Shown here: positions 41,601 to 56,600 of the stretch, piece after piece
Layout of the letters: each line of letters opens with the position of its first letter
Position numbering within the stretch: position 1 is the first letter of the stretch
NCBI RefSeq assembly: GCF_964355755.1
Contig: NC_092678.1
Span: 14,410,371-14,474,370, forward strand
Origin: Antedon mediterranea
Taxonomy: Eukaryota > Animalia > Echinodermata
DNA length: 64,000 nucleotides
Direction of reading: 5' to 3'
Program-made: the position numbers and the translations under genes
The notes under the pieces: generated by a model
The model's database searches: none
The model's input: only the letters and a program-made list of their open reading frames with translations
What the model was told of the DNA's origin: nothing

Positions 41601-44600
41601 GTTAAATTCTGATTAAAGTTAAAAATTCGTAGAGATTCAATGCGTTCCTCGATGTGGAACATAAATACATTTGCCATAAGGGATCCAATTGCAACTCCGT
41701 ACAAGTTACCATTAAATTATAATAGCTGATCTTGCGTTGATATACCGAAGAGTGCAATTGAACCGTCCTTATATAAGTCTAGTCCATAATTATCGTTGAA
41801 CCAGTTGTTAGTAAATGCTTTATCCGCGATAATTTGAATTGTCTCGGTTAAAGGAACATTCGTAAATAAGGACGAGTTCATCTCTTTAACCGAGACAATT
41901 TAAATTTAAAAATACTACAAGCGGTATGTTGATGACACTTCAGTAATAATATCCCCTATCTTCTTCTTTCCCTTTCCAAGGAATTTCTTCAATCTAGTAT
42001 ATGGGCCATTGGCCATAGTACAAAAGATAATTATTTAGCATTATTAAGATTATTAAAGTATACGTAGACCTATAACTTAAGATAATTATTTCTTATTTCA
42101 AAAGCAAAGTATACATTTATTCCTAAATTACAAGTAAAGTTTGTGTTTGAAAGTAATAAACATAGTTTTTTAATAGAAGAATAAACACAAATAAATCTCG
42201 GAATAAATTTGTTTCTTAAATCATTATAAAATGTACATTGTAAAATACAATTATTCCTCAACAATATTATTTTTACATACTTTACACGTTCTTTCTTATA
42301 TCTTTCTAAGCCTTCCAATCTCGCATTTTCAATTTTAAGTTCTAATATCCCTAAACGTAAATTACCGTTTTCTTGATGATATTGATAAAATGATTAAAGA
42401 TATTTCTTTTTTATAAAGAGAAAAGGACCTTAACTTATGATGTAAACTAAATTGTTAACCGCATTTTTGTTTTTCAATATCACATAAGCGTAATTTTAAA
42501 TCTTTCAAAAATAAACTGTTATTATTAACAAATTGTTGTAACCAAAACCAGTAGAAAAAAGTAACTGATTGACCTGTTCTCATTACGATTAACTTTTCTA
42601 AGTTGAAAACTCATAGCACTTAAAATAAATATATAAAGAAAATTGTACATCTGTAACCAAACAATCCAAAACAAGTCGTAATCTACCTAACTCGGAAATA
42701 ACAGCGGCATTTGGTGCATTTTTTCCAACTTGCAACAAATATCTGCAAAAATTTGCAAATTGTCTGACATTCCCCATATTTCGCTTCCATAATTTATAAT
42801 AGGAAGTATTTTCACATCAAACATATGGTTGCATCTATTTTTTGGTAGAACAGATAAGTTACGATAAATAAATGAACAGAATAAACTTTGGATTGCTTTT
42901 TATTGATTGTGATTACTTTGTACCATAAATCATTTGAACTTAAAATAATACCAAGGTAAGTAAATACAATATAAGAATTTGTAATTGAATATTTTTATGT
43001 TCCTTAGATTACGGTAATTTTTGAAAACAATATTTTTTTTATTTTTTAATATTTACAGTAAGTTTCCAGGTATCACAGTAACGTTCAAATGCATTAATAC
43101 ATTTTTGGAGACCTTTCTCCGTATCACTCCCGAACAAGCACAATGTCATCTAGGTAAATATGATGAATAATATAGCAATATCGAATTTGAATATTTTCGT
43201 TTACCTGAATAAGTGTGTCACCTAAATTATTAATGTAAATTTTAAAAAGTGAAGACGAAAATGAAGAACCTTGTTGTATTCCAATCGAACACTTAAAAGA
43301 GGGTTCTTTAACTTTGATTTCAATACTAAAGGCCGGCAATTGGCATATGATCAGATTCAAAAGAAGAAGAAGATATGCATTTAAATGCCAGGTGCGGGCA
43401 AAACATTTCTATTGATCATACATTCCAATAATTATCGATCTATAGTTTCCCCTATCTTTCATAATTTTTGGGATTTTATTTGTGTTACACGAATTTGTTG
43501 AAAATAAGCCCATTCTTATCAGTGGGGGATAGTTCAAATTACACAGTAAAACCTCTATTCTTTTGTACACAAATTTTGTAAATAGAGAGGCATTTTAAAA
43601 AGCTATGAAAAATAAATGGTTTTCTAAAAAATGTTATCAGATGATTAAATATAGGTAATATAACTTGAATATTACATTTCTGATATTTTTATTCAACTTC
43701 AGATTTTTATTTTCATGCTATAGCAAAAATTATCCATCGTATATACACCATCTTTTTTCACCGTCTAGGGAGTCACCAGACATGTTATTACATGAAAAAA
43801 GTCTTCCTGGGTTTTATGGAAGAATTTTGTCCAATTTTGTATTTGACCATATTAAGGGAAATTCATGTTTTTTCGTCTCGATTTATGTTACAAATATTCG
43901 ATTTATGTACTATTAACCAAACATTATATTTAAAATTCATGCCTGTACCTGAGCTTTAAAGGTGAATTTGTAAGAAGGTAGTCACAGACTAGAAACAGCC
44001 AATGCATTTTTGGTTTTCTTTTGATCCATCCTGCGATAGCGGTTACAATGGAAAATGTTGTGAACAATTCAATCCCTTTTTAGGAATGCTTATAATCAAA
44101 GATTTGAAGATTTGTAACTATGTTAAATCTGGAAGAAAAACTATCGTCGACCCACCATCTATTTAATAATGAATGTGATAATTTAAGGAAGAGTTTAAGC
44201 GTCTGAAATATCCAGACGAACTTTAAACCAACAGAGAGAAATAACAACACTACACAAAGTGAAACAAAATGATAAAACTGAAAAAAAAACCAGTCCGAAT
44301 CATCCTGCCATTCAAAGACCAGGCAATTGAGAAACTCGTTCAAGCGACAGCTATGCAATCTAAGTAAAATATTAAACAAAACCTGTGTCCCTGTATTCAC
44401 AAGTAGAAAAGTTAAGGATAACATTAAAAAGGTAGAAAGAAAACCAACTATAATAAGTCAGCAGTGTGCTGTGTATACATTTGAATGTGACCTGTGTGAT
44501 GCAAGTTAGGTTGGATATACATGTCGACACCTCTACCAACGCATTGTTGAACATTATAGATGTTTAATACGACAGTATTTTAAAAGGATCATATTTAATG

Positions 44601-47600
44601 CAATTGTTAAATCCAAGTAGAATTAATTCATGTTTTAGTATTACTTAGGAAAAAAAACAATTTGAGTGTCTTATTTATGAAATGCTATACATCAGACAAT
44701 TAAAACCTAGTCTGAATAAACAATGTGACTCTGCTAAAGCTAATATTTTCATTTAACAGGATGTTAGTCAATATGCATTGTGTTATTTAAACTTTGAACC
44801 TTGGCTTGTGTTTTACCCTTTCACACCAAAAGCAAAACAACTCCGGAAACATTCCGATGTTGACGCCCCGGTGTTTTGGTGTGAAATGTAAAATCAAGCA
44901 ACCCCGGAGTTTAAAACTGCGGGGTTGAAAAGCTGAAACATTCCCCGGCGAGCGAACTTCGGGGACACCCCGGTGTTTTGGTGTGAAAGGTACCAACAGC
45001 AAATTATGTATCTTTGCCTGATTTTTTTAAAACTTAAACTGTAGTTGAAGAATAAGATTATTAAAAACAAATATTTAGTGATCTTTTGAAATTTGAGTTT
45101 CTTTTTATTGAAAAATATTAATTTTTAAAATGACTTCCTATTCCAAACAATTGGTGACCTTGGAGAGGTTGAACGCATTTTTTGGCTGGCTAGCAACCAT
45201 ACAGCGCCACCTACCGTCCACGCAGCGCCACCTACCGTTGTGACGTTAGCACCGCAGAACTTTATGTAAACAAACAAAATAGAGGGTGACATTTAAAATT
45301 TTATTTTATAAACCCCGGTGTTGCTAGGTTGATGTGAAAGGGGTATCTCCGGAGTCTTTTGCTGTTTTGAATGGTCATAAACCCGGAGTACCTCCGGAGA
45401 TCACTCCGGAGTTTTGGTGTGAAAGGGGTATTATATAATTAGTTGCTTTTTAGAATTTCCTCATTGGAATTGATAATGACACCATGATAGAGTAGAAACG
45501 TCGCTCTTTTTAAGCCTTATTTTTCTATTACATATTGCAATTGATTTAGTTATTTAGAATTACTTGCCGCAATAATTAGTTAGTAGTAATTAAACAATAT
45601 AAACAAGACAGGTACATACTGTCTTGTAATCTACCTCTACTCTACATTTAGTTAGATACCATCTTGTTAAAGATATAGCCTCTCTTTAGCGACAACCACC
45701 AATACCCCTTTATTTAATTTAGTGACCACTTCTTTTAAAGAACAACTACCCCTTGTAAGGATCCATCTCTTTTAAAAGACCACCACTCGTAAGAAAGGTG
45801 GTTCCTATGATGTAGGCCTATGAGTCACATAAGAGTTTAAAGGACTTTGGAAACCATAATCAATTCAAACATACACTTAAAAACATATTCTGCATTGCTA
45901 TTATGATTTAATTAAGATCTGCTTGTTAATTGATTTTTAATAATAATTTATTTATATGACAACAACAACAAATCATGTTATCAGTAATTGTATCTAACAT
46001 TGTCATTTATAAGAATATTTATATTTGATGTTTATGATTTCTTCACAGAATAGAAACAAACCGATAAATATTTATCTGGAGCGTGATGACGTTAAATTAG
46101 AGATATTGTTTTGTCTGATAACCAATGGTGTATCCCCCACATTAACAAAAGAGGTAATCTTAAGTTTTATTCTATAAAAATTTAAATTGAACGTCATCTG
46201 AAAATAGTACACGTTTGCTTAATATTATTATTTGTTTTGCTTCGTTATTGTTCATCATATTATTCTCTTCAAATGCAAGAAGGTAATGTAACATGATGGA
46301 ACTGCTCTTGGTATAAATAAAACATTTTAGCTACTTTCGGATAATTTGATTTAAAAATATTTATTTATTAAAAATATATCATTTTTTATTTTTTTTAGGA
46401 AGGAAGCAATGCTCTACATGTACATCTAAGTGGTAGATATGTTAAACCTACGTTAGAAATAGTGACTTATCTCATTAAGCTTGGTGTTACTCCAACATTA
46501 CAAAATAAGGTAATGTACATAAGAGTGGGCCTATATTCCCGGTGGCATTATGTTTTTTCCTATCCAATTAAGGCAGAAATCATGAAGAATCCATTACCTT
46601 AATTAATTGGTATTATAAAGAATTGCATGGATAGCTGATCTACTTCCTAAATAACTAAACGTAACCCTCTAAATATTCTCTCTCAACTATTACTCTACAA
46701 AAAAAAAACATGTTCTTGAAAGACCTCGAATCAAAGGCTCCAGTGTAGTAGGTTAAAGTCACTAGACCAAACATTTCAGTTGGCAAACGCAGTTCACACA
46801 GATTATTTAATCTATATGCATGCTTATATAGCTCAATCTATAATGTGCCGTATTATGTCATAATTATTCTAATGAATTATTCATGATTTCTGCCATACAT
46901 TGTATATGATAATAATTTATTTATATGACGAAAACACCCCACTGCATGAATACATGCGTTCAAATGAACATACATAAGTAGTAAACTTTCTTACGAAGCA
47001 ATGTTCATCAGTAACAACACTAAATAAGGTAATATTGGGCTAGAGAACATTTCAAAAAAGGGAAAGCACAGACAATTGATATAATTTGGTTACGTTCACA
47101 ACATATGCATCAGCAAAACCTTTTATATCAATTTCTTTGTGTATTACTTATCATTACCTAACTATAATTATTTTTTGCAATACACTGTATGTATACACTT
47201 CATCTATATATAAATGATGGTTAATTCTGACATAGGCGAACAAAATGGAAAAACTTCGGTATAAATCTCCGCCTTGGATACCTACCTTATCTTTCTTAGA
47301 TGTACCGCGAAACCTAGATTTGATAACATTAGTTTTCAGTACTACGCTATTGTTCCATTTTTGTCTTTAACAACGACAAAATTTAGCGTTACCTATCGAA
47401 ATTTGTGGATATCACAGGGTTATTTTCACACTCTCGCGCTGTTGTTCAACTGGCTACCGAGTCCGTCACTTCTGGCAAAATGGCCGTTGGTGGCGTCATT
47501 CAATATTAAATACAAATATTTTATATTTAGTGGTTCAACGAATCGTGAACTAGGCCTATAATTTATTTGTTTTATATTCAACTATCAATTACAAAGGCCT

Positions 47601-50600
47601 TTACTTTACGTGAAATACAATTTGTTTTAGTAATTTAACTATTATTTATGCTATTTATTAATCATTTTATCAAATTTAGGTGCGATTCAATGTTACTATA
47701 GGAGGCTAATTGAACTAATTAATTATGCTACTATTAATCATTTTATCAAATTTAGATGCAATTCAATGTTACTATAGGAGGCCTGGTAGGCCTACCAGGG
47801 AACAAGATGTTGTTGTCATGATGTATTGTGATCGTTCACGATCGCTCACTGTCACCTACTTTGATAACTATGCTTTTGGTCTCTTGGTAGGGTCACGTTA
47901 AAGACTGTTTCAGTGATTGATGACCCATATTAACGGTTTCCTCTTGTGTGTAACGTTCACATAATATATATAATAATATAATATGTATATTATACGTATA
48001 CTGTTCTTTAAAATTATATTATTTGTTGTAATAACAATTGTTGTAAAGTGTTTACATCATTACAGGAGAATCAATGTACATTTTTTTGTAAACTGTAAAT
48101 AAATCTATTGAGTCCCTTTTCCCTTTTACGTTTCTATAACCACCGATTGCTGTCAAGTTCAATTACCAGAGGCGTTGGTCATGTTTCGAGAACCATTTGG
48201 GTAAACCCACTACAGGGTGCGCGAGCAAACCTTCTAGTGATTATAATTTATTTATAGAACGGAAATACCCCGCTGCATGAATACATGCGTTCAAATGAAC
48301 CTACCTTAGAAGTAGTAGACTATCTCACGAAGCAAGGTGCATCAGTAAAAGCACTAAATAAGGTAATTTATGGCTAGAGATAATATATATGATTACACCC
48401 ATAACGTACGTATGATTCTCACCGCAAACACATTCTCTTATCCACTTTATTTTAGGCCTATATCATATTACAATTGATTGAATTATTTAGAATTACTTCT
48501 ACAATAATGAATTAGTAGTAATAAAAAAAAGATCATATTTTTTTATTCTCTTTAATTTCTTTAAAGGACGGAAGCACCCCGCTGCATGAATACATGCGTT
48601 CAAATGAACCTACCTTAGAAGTAATAGACTATATCACGAAGCAAGGTGCATCAGTAACAGCACTAAATAAGGTAATATTGGGCTAGATATCATTTTTAAA
48701 ATAATGGAATGCACAGACAATCTATATTTAAATATACGTAAGGGCAAACTTTGGTAAATGGCGCATTACTTCTAGAATGTACTCGGTGATATATAAAGTT
48801 GTTTCATCTTTCGGTACTGATTTTAAACACCTGTTGGAATCATGTTTACTAATTAAATTGAGATAGATAATTACTTATTGACAATTAAAACGAATTTAGG
48901 TTCAACGATTTGCCCCAACTATGGTTATTTTCGGGTCGTGGTATACACTGTTTAATGAATGTCCATCTTGAAAAATAGCCGCTCACAATAATACGAGGAT
49001 GCTTCGCATTTACCTATCTCCTCCGACGATTTTATTGTTTTTAAATAGCTGAATAACTGTTGATCAGCTCGAGTACAGCGTCATAAATTTGAAGACTGAA
49101 AAAAACTATTTTGATAGATTTAAAATACGTTTAATATACAAATGTATTGATTTGCGATGAATGGAACATTCCAAACTATTTGGTTAAACACAACAAGTAG
49201 GTAAATTTATGGGCCCTTGGAGAATAAACTTAACACCTTAAGATATAGTATTGCAATACTATACAACATTGTAAATACGTATTAACCGCTTTTGGTCCCC
49301 ATTTGAATCGCAAAGTTCTTACTGTGAGTGTTGGTACTGTTATGTATATATAAACATATACAATAAACTTTATTACCGTGAGTGTGGGTAGGCCCTACTG
49401 TTATATTATAAACACATAATATACAAATAAACTTTATTACTGAGAGGGCTTCTCAACGTTTGTGTTAATTAATAATTACAAACAATATAAACGTCGTAGT
49501 GGTTTATCGTTACAAGTACTTTACTATTTCAATCGAATATGACAGGAACAGTTTTTACATATATACATAATTTGTTACTGTATTTAGTGGTATATTATTA
49601 TTTATAGGCCTATACAAAATTACAACAATATTTTCGTTAGAAAGTCCCTCAACCCTAATGTTACATACAAAACACAAATTGAGTTTGTCTAAATGAGCCC
49701 AAATCAAACATTTGTGACATATTTCTCTTTCGGAAGTAATCCCCAGGGTGCTAATTTTGGTTGACTAAATAAATCAACGTGTCTATTTATTCGTTTCTGT
49801 AAACGACAATGTATTATATTCTTGTATTTAAAATCCACATTTTTTTAAACTCTGAAATTACTGTTTATTCGATAACCATCTGTGGGCACAACCTAGATGT
49901 TACGTCATCATCTAGTTGATATAATTCGGTCTACGTTCACAAAATATTCACCAGCAAAACCTTTTAATTCAATGTATTTGTGTATTATTTATCACTATCT
50001 AACTATAATTATTTGCTGCAATACACTGTTTGTATAAACGTCATGATTATATTTTTTTAAAGGACGGAAACACCCTGTTGCATGAATACATGCGTTCAAT
50101 TGAATCTACCTTAGAAGTAGTTGACTATCTCGTGAAGCAAGGTGCATCCGTAACAGCACTAAATAAGGTAATAATGGGCTAGAAATCATTTTAAAATAAG
50201 GGAATGCACAAACAATTGATATACTTTGATCTACATTCAAAACATATGCACCAGCAAAACCTTTTGTTTTAATTGCTTTGTGTATTATTATCATTACCTA
50301 ACTATATTTATTTGCTGCAATTATACTGCTTGTATAAACTTCATGATTATAATTTCATTAAAGGATGGTAACACACCGCTGCATGAATACATGCGTTCAA
50401 ATGAACCTACCTTAGAAGTATTAGACTATTTCATGAATCAAGGTGCATCCGTAACAGCACTAAATAAGGTAATAATGTGCTAGGGATAATTTATATGATT
50501 ATACCTATAACATGCGTATGATCTGCGCCGCAAACATATCGTATCCACTTTAAATATTTAGTAGCAATTAAACAAGATACTACAGTTATTGTGAAATTTG

Positions 50601-53600
50601 TATATTTAGCACACATTCATTTAGACTAGACAAAAAGTAGTGAGCCCTCTAGCGGTCATTTGTGATTTCTGAGATTCATCGAAGCGCGACAACATCACCC
50701 GGAAATGATGTGAATTTAAAATTTTAATAGGGGTTAAACTCTTTTAACCAATTGAAAGCCTTAAATTATAGTTCCTTATGAATAATTCATGAGAATAATT
50801 AAAGCAAGGGTTGAAGAAGCATGTGACTTGGTTTTTGGAACAGGATAGCAGTTATGATCGTGTCAGGTAATCATTGAATTTGCTCTTCTTTTTGTTAGAT
50901 TTTATACGGTTTTTATCAATAATAATATTGTACATTTTTACGAGACCATAAAAAAATTCCTCAATTTTTGAGTAAACAAGTGACTAAATAAAAAGTTACT
51001 ATGTAATGTAAATATTCGTTTGACAAAAAATGGGCATGTTGATATTTTCAGGTATTTTTTAAATGGCGATTGAAATAGGTAAACAAATCACATGTATAAC
51101 GGTGGTTTGTGCGAAGCTTGGCCTAGCCTTGATGGTCCAACTCGTACTGCGTGTTAATCAATGCGTATAAGATACACACGTAGTCGTTTAGGCCAATTTT
51201 TTTACATGTTTATTTATTAATATTAGGCCCCATTCTCATTTATTTTAATTAATGTACTGAATGTACCACACTTTACAACTCTATATAAATTAGATTTTGT
51301 ACTTGTATTAAATTCAAACGTTTTATGGGATTTAAAACATTAAGCTAGGCCTTGTAGTAGGCCTAGGACCACATGCTAGGTTTTTCAGCCTAATTTATCA
51401 TGCAGTATACCTCTAGCCCATCTTTCAAATACATATTTAAATTAACATACTTTTTATATTTCTATATTTTTTATAGGATCTGACTCCAGAAAACATTTGC
51501 ATCACTTGAAAGCGGCTATTTATGGACAGCATGTTGACATTCAAAAAAATTTGACCAGCTCTTATTAATTAAATGTCTTTTAAATTAAAGGTTTTCATTA
51601 TAATGAAATGTACGGTGACAGAAATTTAAATGATTCTCATAATTGAGGTTTCTCATAGATTTAATATTGAAGGTAAATAAATAAAGCTGTTTGTTATTCT
51701 TGCCTTTAGAAATAAACATGTTGTTAGTACTATATTATTAGGCCTAGGCCATTATACAAATTAAAACTAAAAAATACAGTAATCATATTTAAGGCCTACA
51801 CACAGTACCTTACTTATTTGATTTTTTTCAAATATTTAATTGATGAAATAAATGAGTTTGACTTTTCAATTAGTTGCCATTTTATTAGTTTCTGTGTGTT
51901 TTTATTTATATTCTTAAAACAATTGTATACAACAACTTTAAAGTATTGCGCAGAAGTGATCAAATTATAGTAGGCCTATGTGTATGTTATTGTCGCTTAA
52001 AATTATGCAGTTAAAGTATTTGATTTTAGGGTGACAGAAACGGTTAGGCAAGAAAAGAAATAAATTTGGGAATTTTGTTATGCGGTAAAAACAATTAAAC
52101 ATAATTTACCCCTAATGCATGTAAATGTAGAAAACATTTGCTTATGTTAGCGCGACCGAAACTCGCTACTGGGAATAGAGCCTGCAAAAGCGACGCGTAC
52201 ATCGGGCACCGGTGGAGCGCGATCGATAGTAAATATACCCGATTTCAAATGATCATAAAATTCTTTTAAAAAATATCAACATTTTGATTTTTTGAGGATT
52301 AAAAGTAAAGATATTGAAATTTAACATAATATTTACAAATATGTATTTAAAAATTCGGAAACAATTTTAGCGTGATATTAAAACAAACTTTTTAGAGTTC
52401 CGCGATTTCCTACGCAGGATTTGTTTGTTTTCATTGTTAATGGGCGAATGTTACCTAAACTAGAATCGTTATAAATCTTTTAAATTTGTATTATAAGTAA
52501 TTTCTTTAGTATTCTTAGTAACATCGAATGTCTCTAATTAACTAGCAGTTATTTATACTAACTATTGTTCAATAATAAGCGTTGTATGAAGTGAAAATCT
52601 ATAGTAATAATGTTCTTAGTCAGTTCGTCTCGCTCGCGTGAAGTCTTCGGGTTTCTCAATACAATTCTCAGCGGTAAAGATAGGCTCGCGCTAATGTTTA
52701 AATCAAAAGCGCTCTCAAAACACTTTTTGTCCAAAATTCGCAATATGACGTGAGTGTGAGCAATGAAATTATTAATTTTACTATGTTTTATGTGGACATA
52801 TCATTATAACAGAGATGAATTTAGAATCATGACTGAAGCAATGTTCACAATAACCTGTATGTATAAATTACACGATTATGATTTCCTTTTTTCAGTAAAA
52901 TTGCAAAATAAGGGAATGCATATGCCAGTTATATTATTTTGTCTACTTTCACATCATATTCTAAAGAACAAAAAAACCCTTTTATTTCAAATTGTTTGTG
53001 TATTTTTTATCATTACCTAACTATAATTATTTGCTGCAATACAATGTATGTATAAACTTCGTGATGATAATTTCTCTATAGGACGGAAATACCCCGATGC
53101 ATGAATACATGCGTTCAAATGAACCTACCTTAGGAATAGTGAACTACCTCACGAAACAAGGTGCATCCGTAACATCACTAAATAAGGTAATATAGGGCTA
53201 CAGATAATTTATATGAATACACCTATAACGTACGTATGATCTGCGCCCCAAACATTTTACCTTATCCACTTTATTTTATATCATATTAATTGTTTGAGTT
53301 ATTTATAATTACTTGCTGCAATAATTATTTAGTAGAAATTAAACAAGATCCTACAGTTCTTGTGAGATTGGTATATTGAGCAATGATTTTAGTAATTTAA
53401 ATATGTTTTATGTGGACATGTTATAATAAAATAGTTGAATTTAGAATCATGATTGAAAGCAATGTTCACATTAACCTGTATGTATAAACTACAGGATTAT
53501 GATTTCTTTTTTTCAGTAAAATAGCAAAATAAGGGAATGCACAGACAATTGATATAATTCGGTCTACGTTCACAAAATATGCACTAGCAAAATCTTTTAT

Positions 53601-56600
53601 TTCAATTTCTTTTTCTTATACTTATTCTGTTATTGCCAAATATAAAATACATGAAGAACATGAAATACACAAAAACAAAAGAACCAACTGAGTGAGCTGG
53701 CAGGGGACACAACAGCGAACCTAATCACTGTGACTTAAAGCCTGTGTTCCCCACTCACCCAGTTTTACAAGCAATGAAAATGCCATCATAATATATAATA
53801 TACCAAAATTCCAAAGTTAAGTTTAAATCATATAAATAAAAAAAAAATATATGAATGATATAATATGAAAGTACATTAAATTATATACATATGCCTAATC
53901 ATTATCGGATAACAAATTTATTTTAAGTTTAGCAAGGAATGTAGGGAAATAATCCAATAGCAGGGAATCTTTCACTTCATCATGAATGTCTTCCCACAGT
54001 CGCGGGAAGACATGGATAACTGAGCGATGCAAACAGTTAGTCCGAGCATACAACTACTTGAAACTTAAGGTTTCTTGACGTCGAGTATTGACGCACACAT
54101 TTTCGCGAATACTTTTACAATCAATATAACCTATTAGTGTTTCACATACAAATGATGTTAAAAGATAGCTTCTTCGGCTCGTTAGCCGGGGCCAATTGAA
54201 TTGTTTTAATCTAACATCATACTCCATATCTCCTCTTCTCTGTTTCAATGCTAGCCGTGTGACTCTACGTTGAACAGATTCGATCTTATCAATCAATTTT
54301 ACTGTCTAGGGAAGCCATGTGGGAATCGCATATTCGAGTATGGGAATGATAAGAACTCGGTATAATGCAAATACAGCTGCTGACGAGTTGCCCCCATTAA
54401 TACTCGCAATATAACCAATCATCCAATTTGCCCTTGCAGTAACATTTTGTAGTATTTATCATGACCTAACTATACTTATTTGCTGCAATAACCTGTATGT
54501 ATAAACTTCATGATTATAATTTCTTTATAGGACGGAAACACCCCGCTGCATGAATACATGCGTTCAAGTGAACCTACCTTAGAAGTAGTAGTCTATCTCA
54601 CGAAACAAGGTGCATCAGTAACAGCACTGAATAAGGTAATATATGGCTACAGTTAATTTATTTGAACTAGATGGTACGCTCGCTTCGCTCGCGTACCTTC
54701 TAGGTTGTGTCCACAGATGGTTCTCGAATACACAGTATTTTCAGCGTAAAAAATGTACGCACCACAGGACTATAGTACATTGTCGTTTACAGAAACAAAT
54801 AAATAGACACCATGATTGATGTAAAATTAGCACCCTGGGAATTAGGCCTTGTTTTAAAAATGAGTTTTTATTTGAACTCATTTAAACAAACCCACTTTGT
54901 ATTTTGTATATAACAATAGAGTTGAGGGATGGGGAAGAGAATGGGAAGAACAATTTTAAATATATTCGCTATCCACTGATTAACGAAATATTGTTTTAAA
55001 GGTTTCATAGGCCTATCAAAAATATACCACTAAACACAGTAAAGCATTTACGATTTATAATACTTTTTTCAAACTGTCCCTGTTATAGTCGACTGAAATA
55101 GTAAAGTACATGTAACGATACACCAGTACGACGTTTATATTTTTTATAATTTTTAATTAATACAAACGTTGAGAAGCAACTGTCAGTAATCTACCCACAG
55201 TCACAGTAATAAATGTTCTTTGTATATTTTGTTTATATATCTAACAGTAACCACATTCACAGTAAGACAATTTCGATTCAAATGGTGACCAAAAATGGTT
55301 AATACGTATTTACAATATTATCAAAGTACTGCAATACTATATATAAGTTTATTCTCCAAGGGCCATACATTTACCTACTTGTGTTAAACCAAGGGCTCAT
55401 AAATGTACATACAAACTGTGGGAGAGATTTGAATGTTCCATTCATCGCAAATCAATACATTTGTATAAACGTATATTAAATCTATTAAAATAGTATTTTT
55501 TTAAAGAAAATCGACATTATGATACTGTACTCGAGCTGTTGAACCGGTTTTCAGCTATTAAAAACAATTATCGTAGGAGGAGATATGAAAATGCGCAGTA
55601 TCCTCGTATTATTGTGTGCAGGTATTTTTCATGAGGACATCCATAAGACAGTGTATACCACGATCGGAAAATTCGTTGAACCTAAATTCGTTTTAATTGT
55701 CAATAACTAATTGTCTAACTAAATTTAATTAGTAAACAAGGTTACATCAGGTGGTTAAAATCAGTACCAAAATTCTAACCAACTTTATATACCATCGAGT
55801 AAACATTCTAGAAATAACGCGTGCTTTACCGAATTTTGCCCTTACGTAATTTATATATAAACTAGATGTACGCTCGCTTCGCTCGCGTACCATCTAGGTC
55901 GTGCCCACAGATGGTTCTCGAATACACAGTAATGTCAGTGTAAAAAAACTGGCGATTTCAAATGTACGTACCACACGACTATAAATACATTGTCGTTTTC
56001 AGAAACGAATAAATATACACGATGATTAATGTAGTCAAGTAAAATTAGCACTCTGTGAATTAGGCCTACTTCCGAAGCAGAAAATTGTCTTAAAAATGAG
56101 TCCACATTTTTTTCTTTGAAATATTTAAACAAACCCAATTTGTGTTTTGTATATAACATTAGAGTTGAGAGATGGTGAAGAGGATGAGAAAAACAATTTT
56201 GTAATATTTTCTTTATCCACTCAGTAACGAAATATTGTTTTAAATGTCTTATAGGCCTATCAATAATATAACACTACAGAATAACATTTACGATTTAAAA
56301 CTTTCCTAAAACTGTCCCTGTTATAGTCAATTGAAATAGTAAAGTACATGTAACGATACACCACTACGACGTTTATATTTTGTATAATTATTAATTAATA
56401 CAAACGTCAAAAAGCAACTGTAAGTAATACAGTTTTTATTTGTATATGTATATTTATACGTGTTTATATATCCAGCAGTAGAGCCTACCCACAGTCACAA
56501 TAATAAATGTTCTTTGTATATTTTGTTTATATATCTAATAGTAACCATATTCACAGTAAGAACATTTTGATTCAAATGGCGACCAAAAATGGTTAATACG

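Larger units (their letters stand above)
39660..45530. mobile_element. Divergently oriented (inverted) Penelope-like pair with nested LINE fragments and a MITE
   Basis: Minus copy ~39660-41895 (RT pieces SSLFTNVPL, GVAIGS) and plus copy ~41910-45530 (YYKRYVDDT; AVYTFECDLCDAS GIY-YIG; YIRQLKPSLNKQ). Both outer ends carry ttgataatgac..gaaacgtcg hammerhead-like cores; attacata flanks both ends. Confidence 0.75.
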
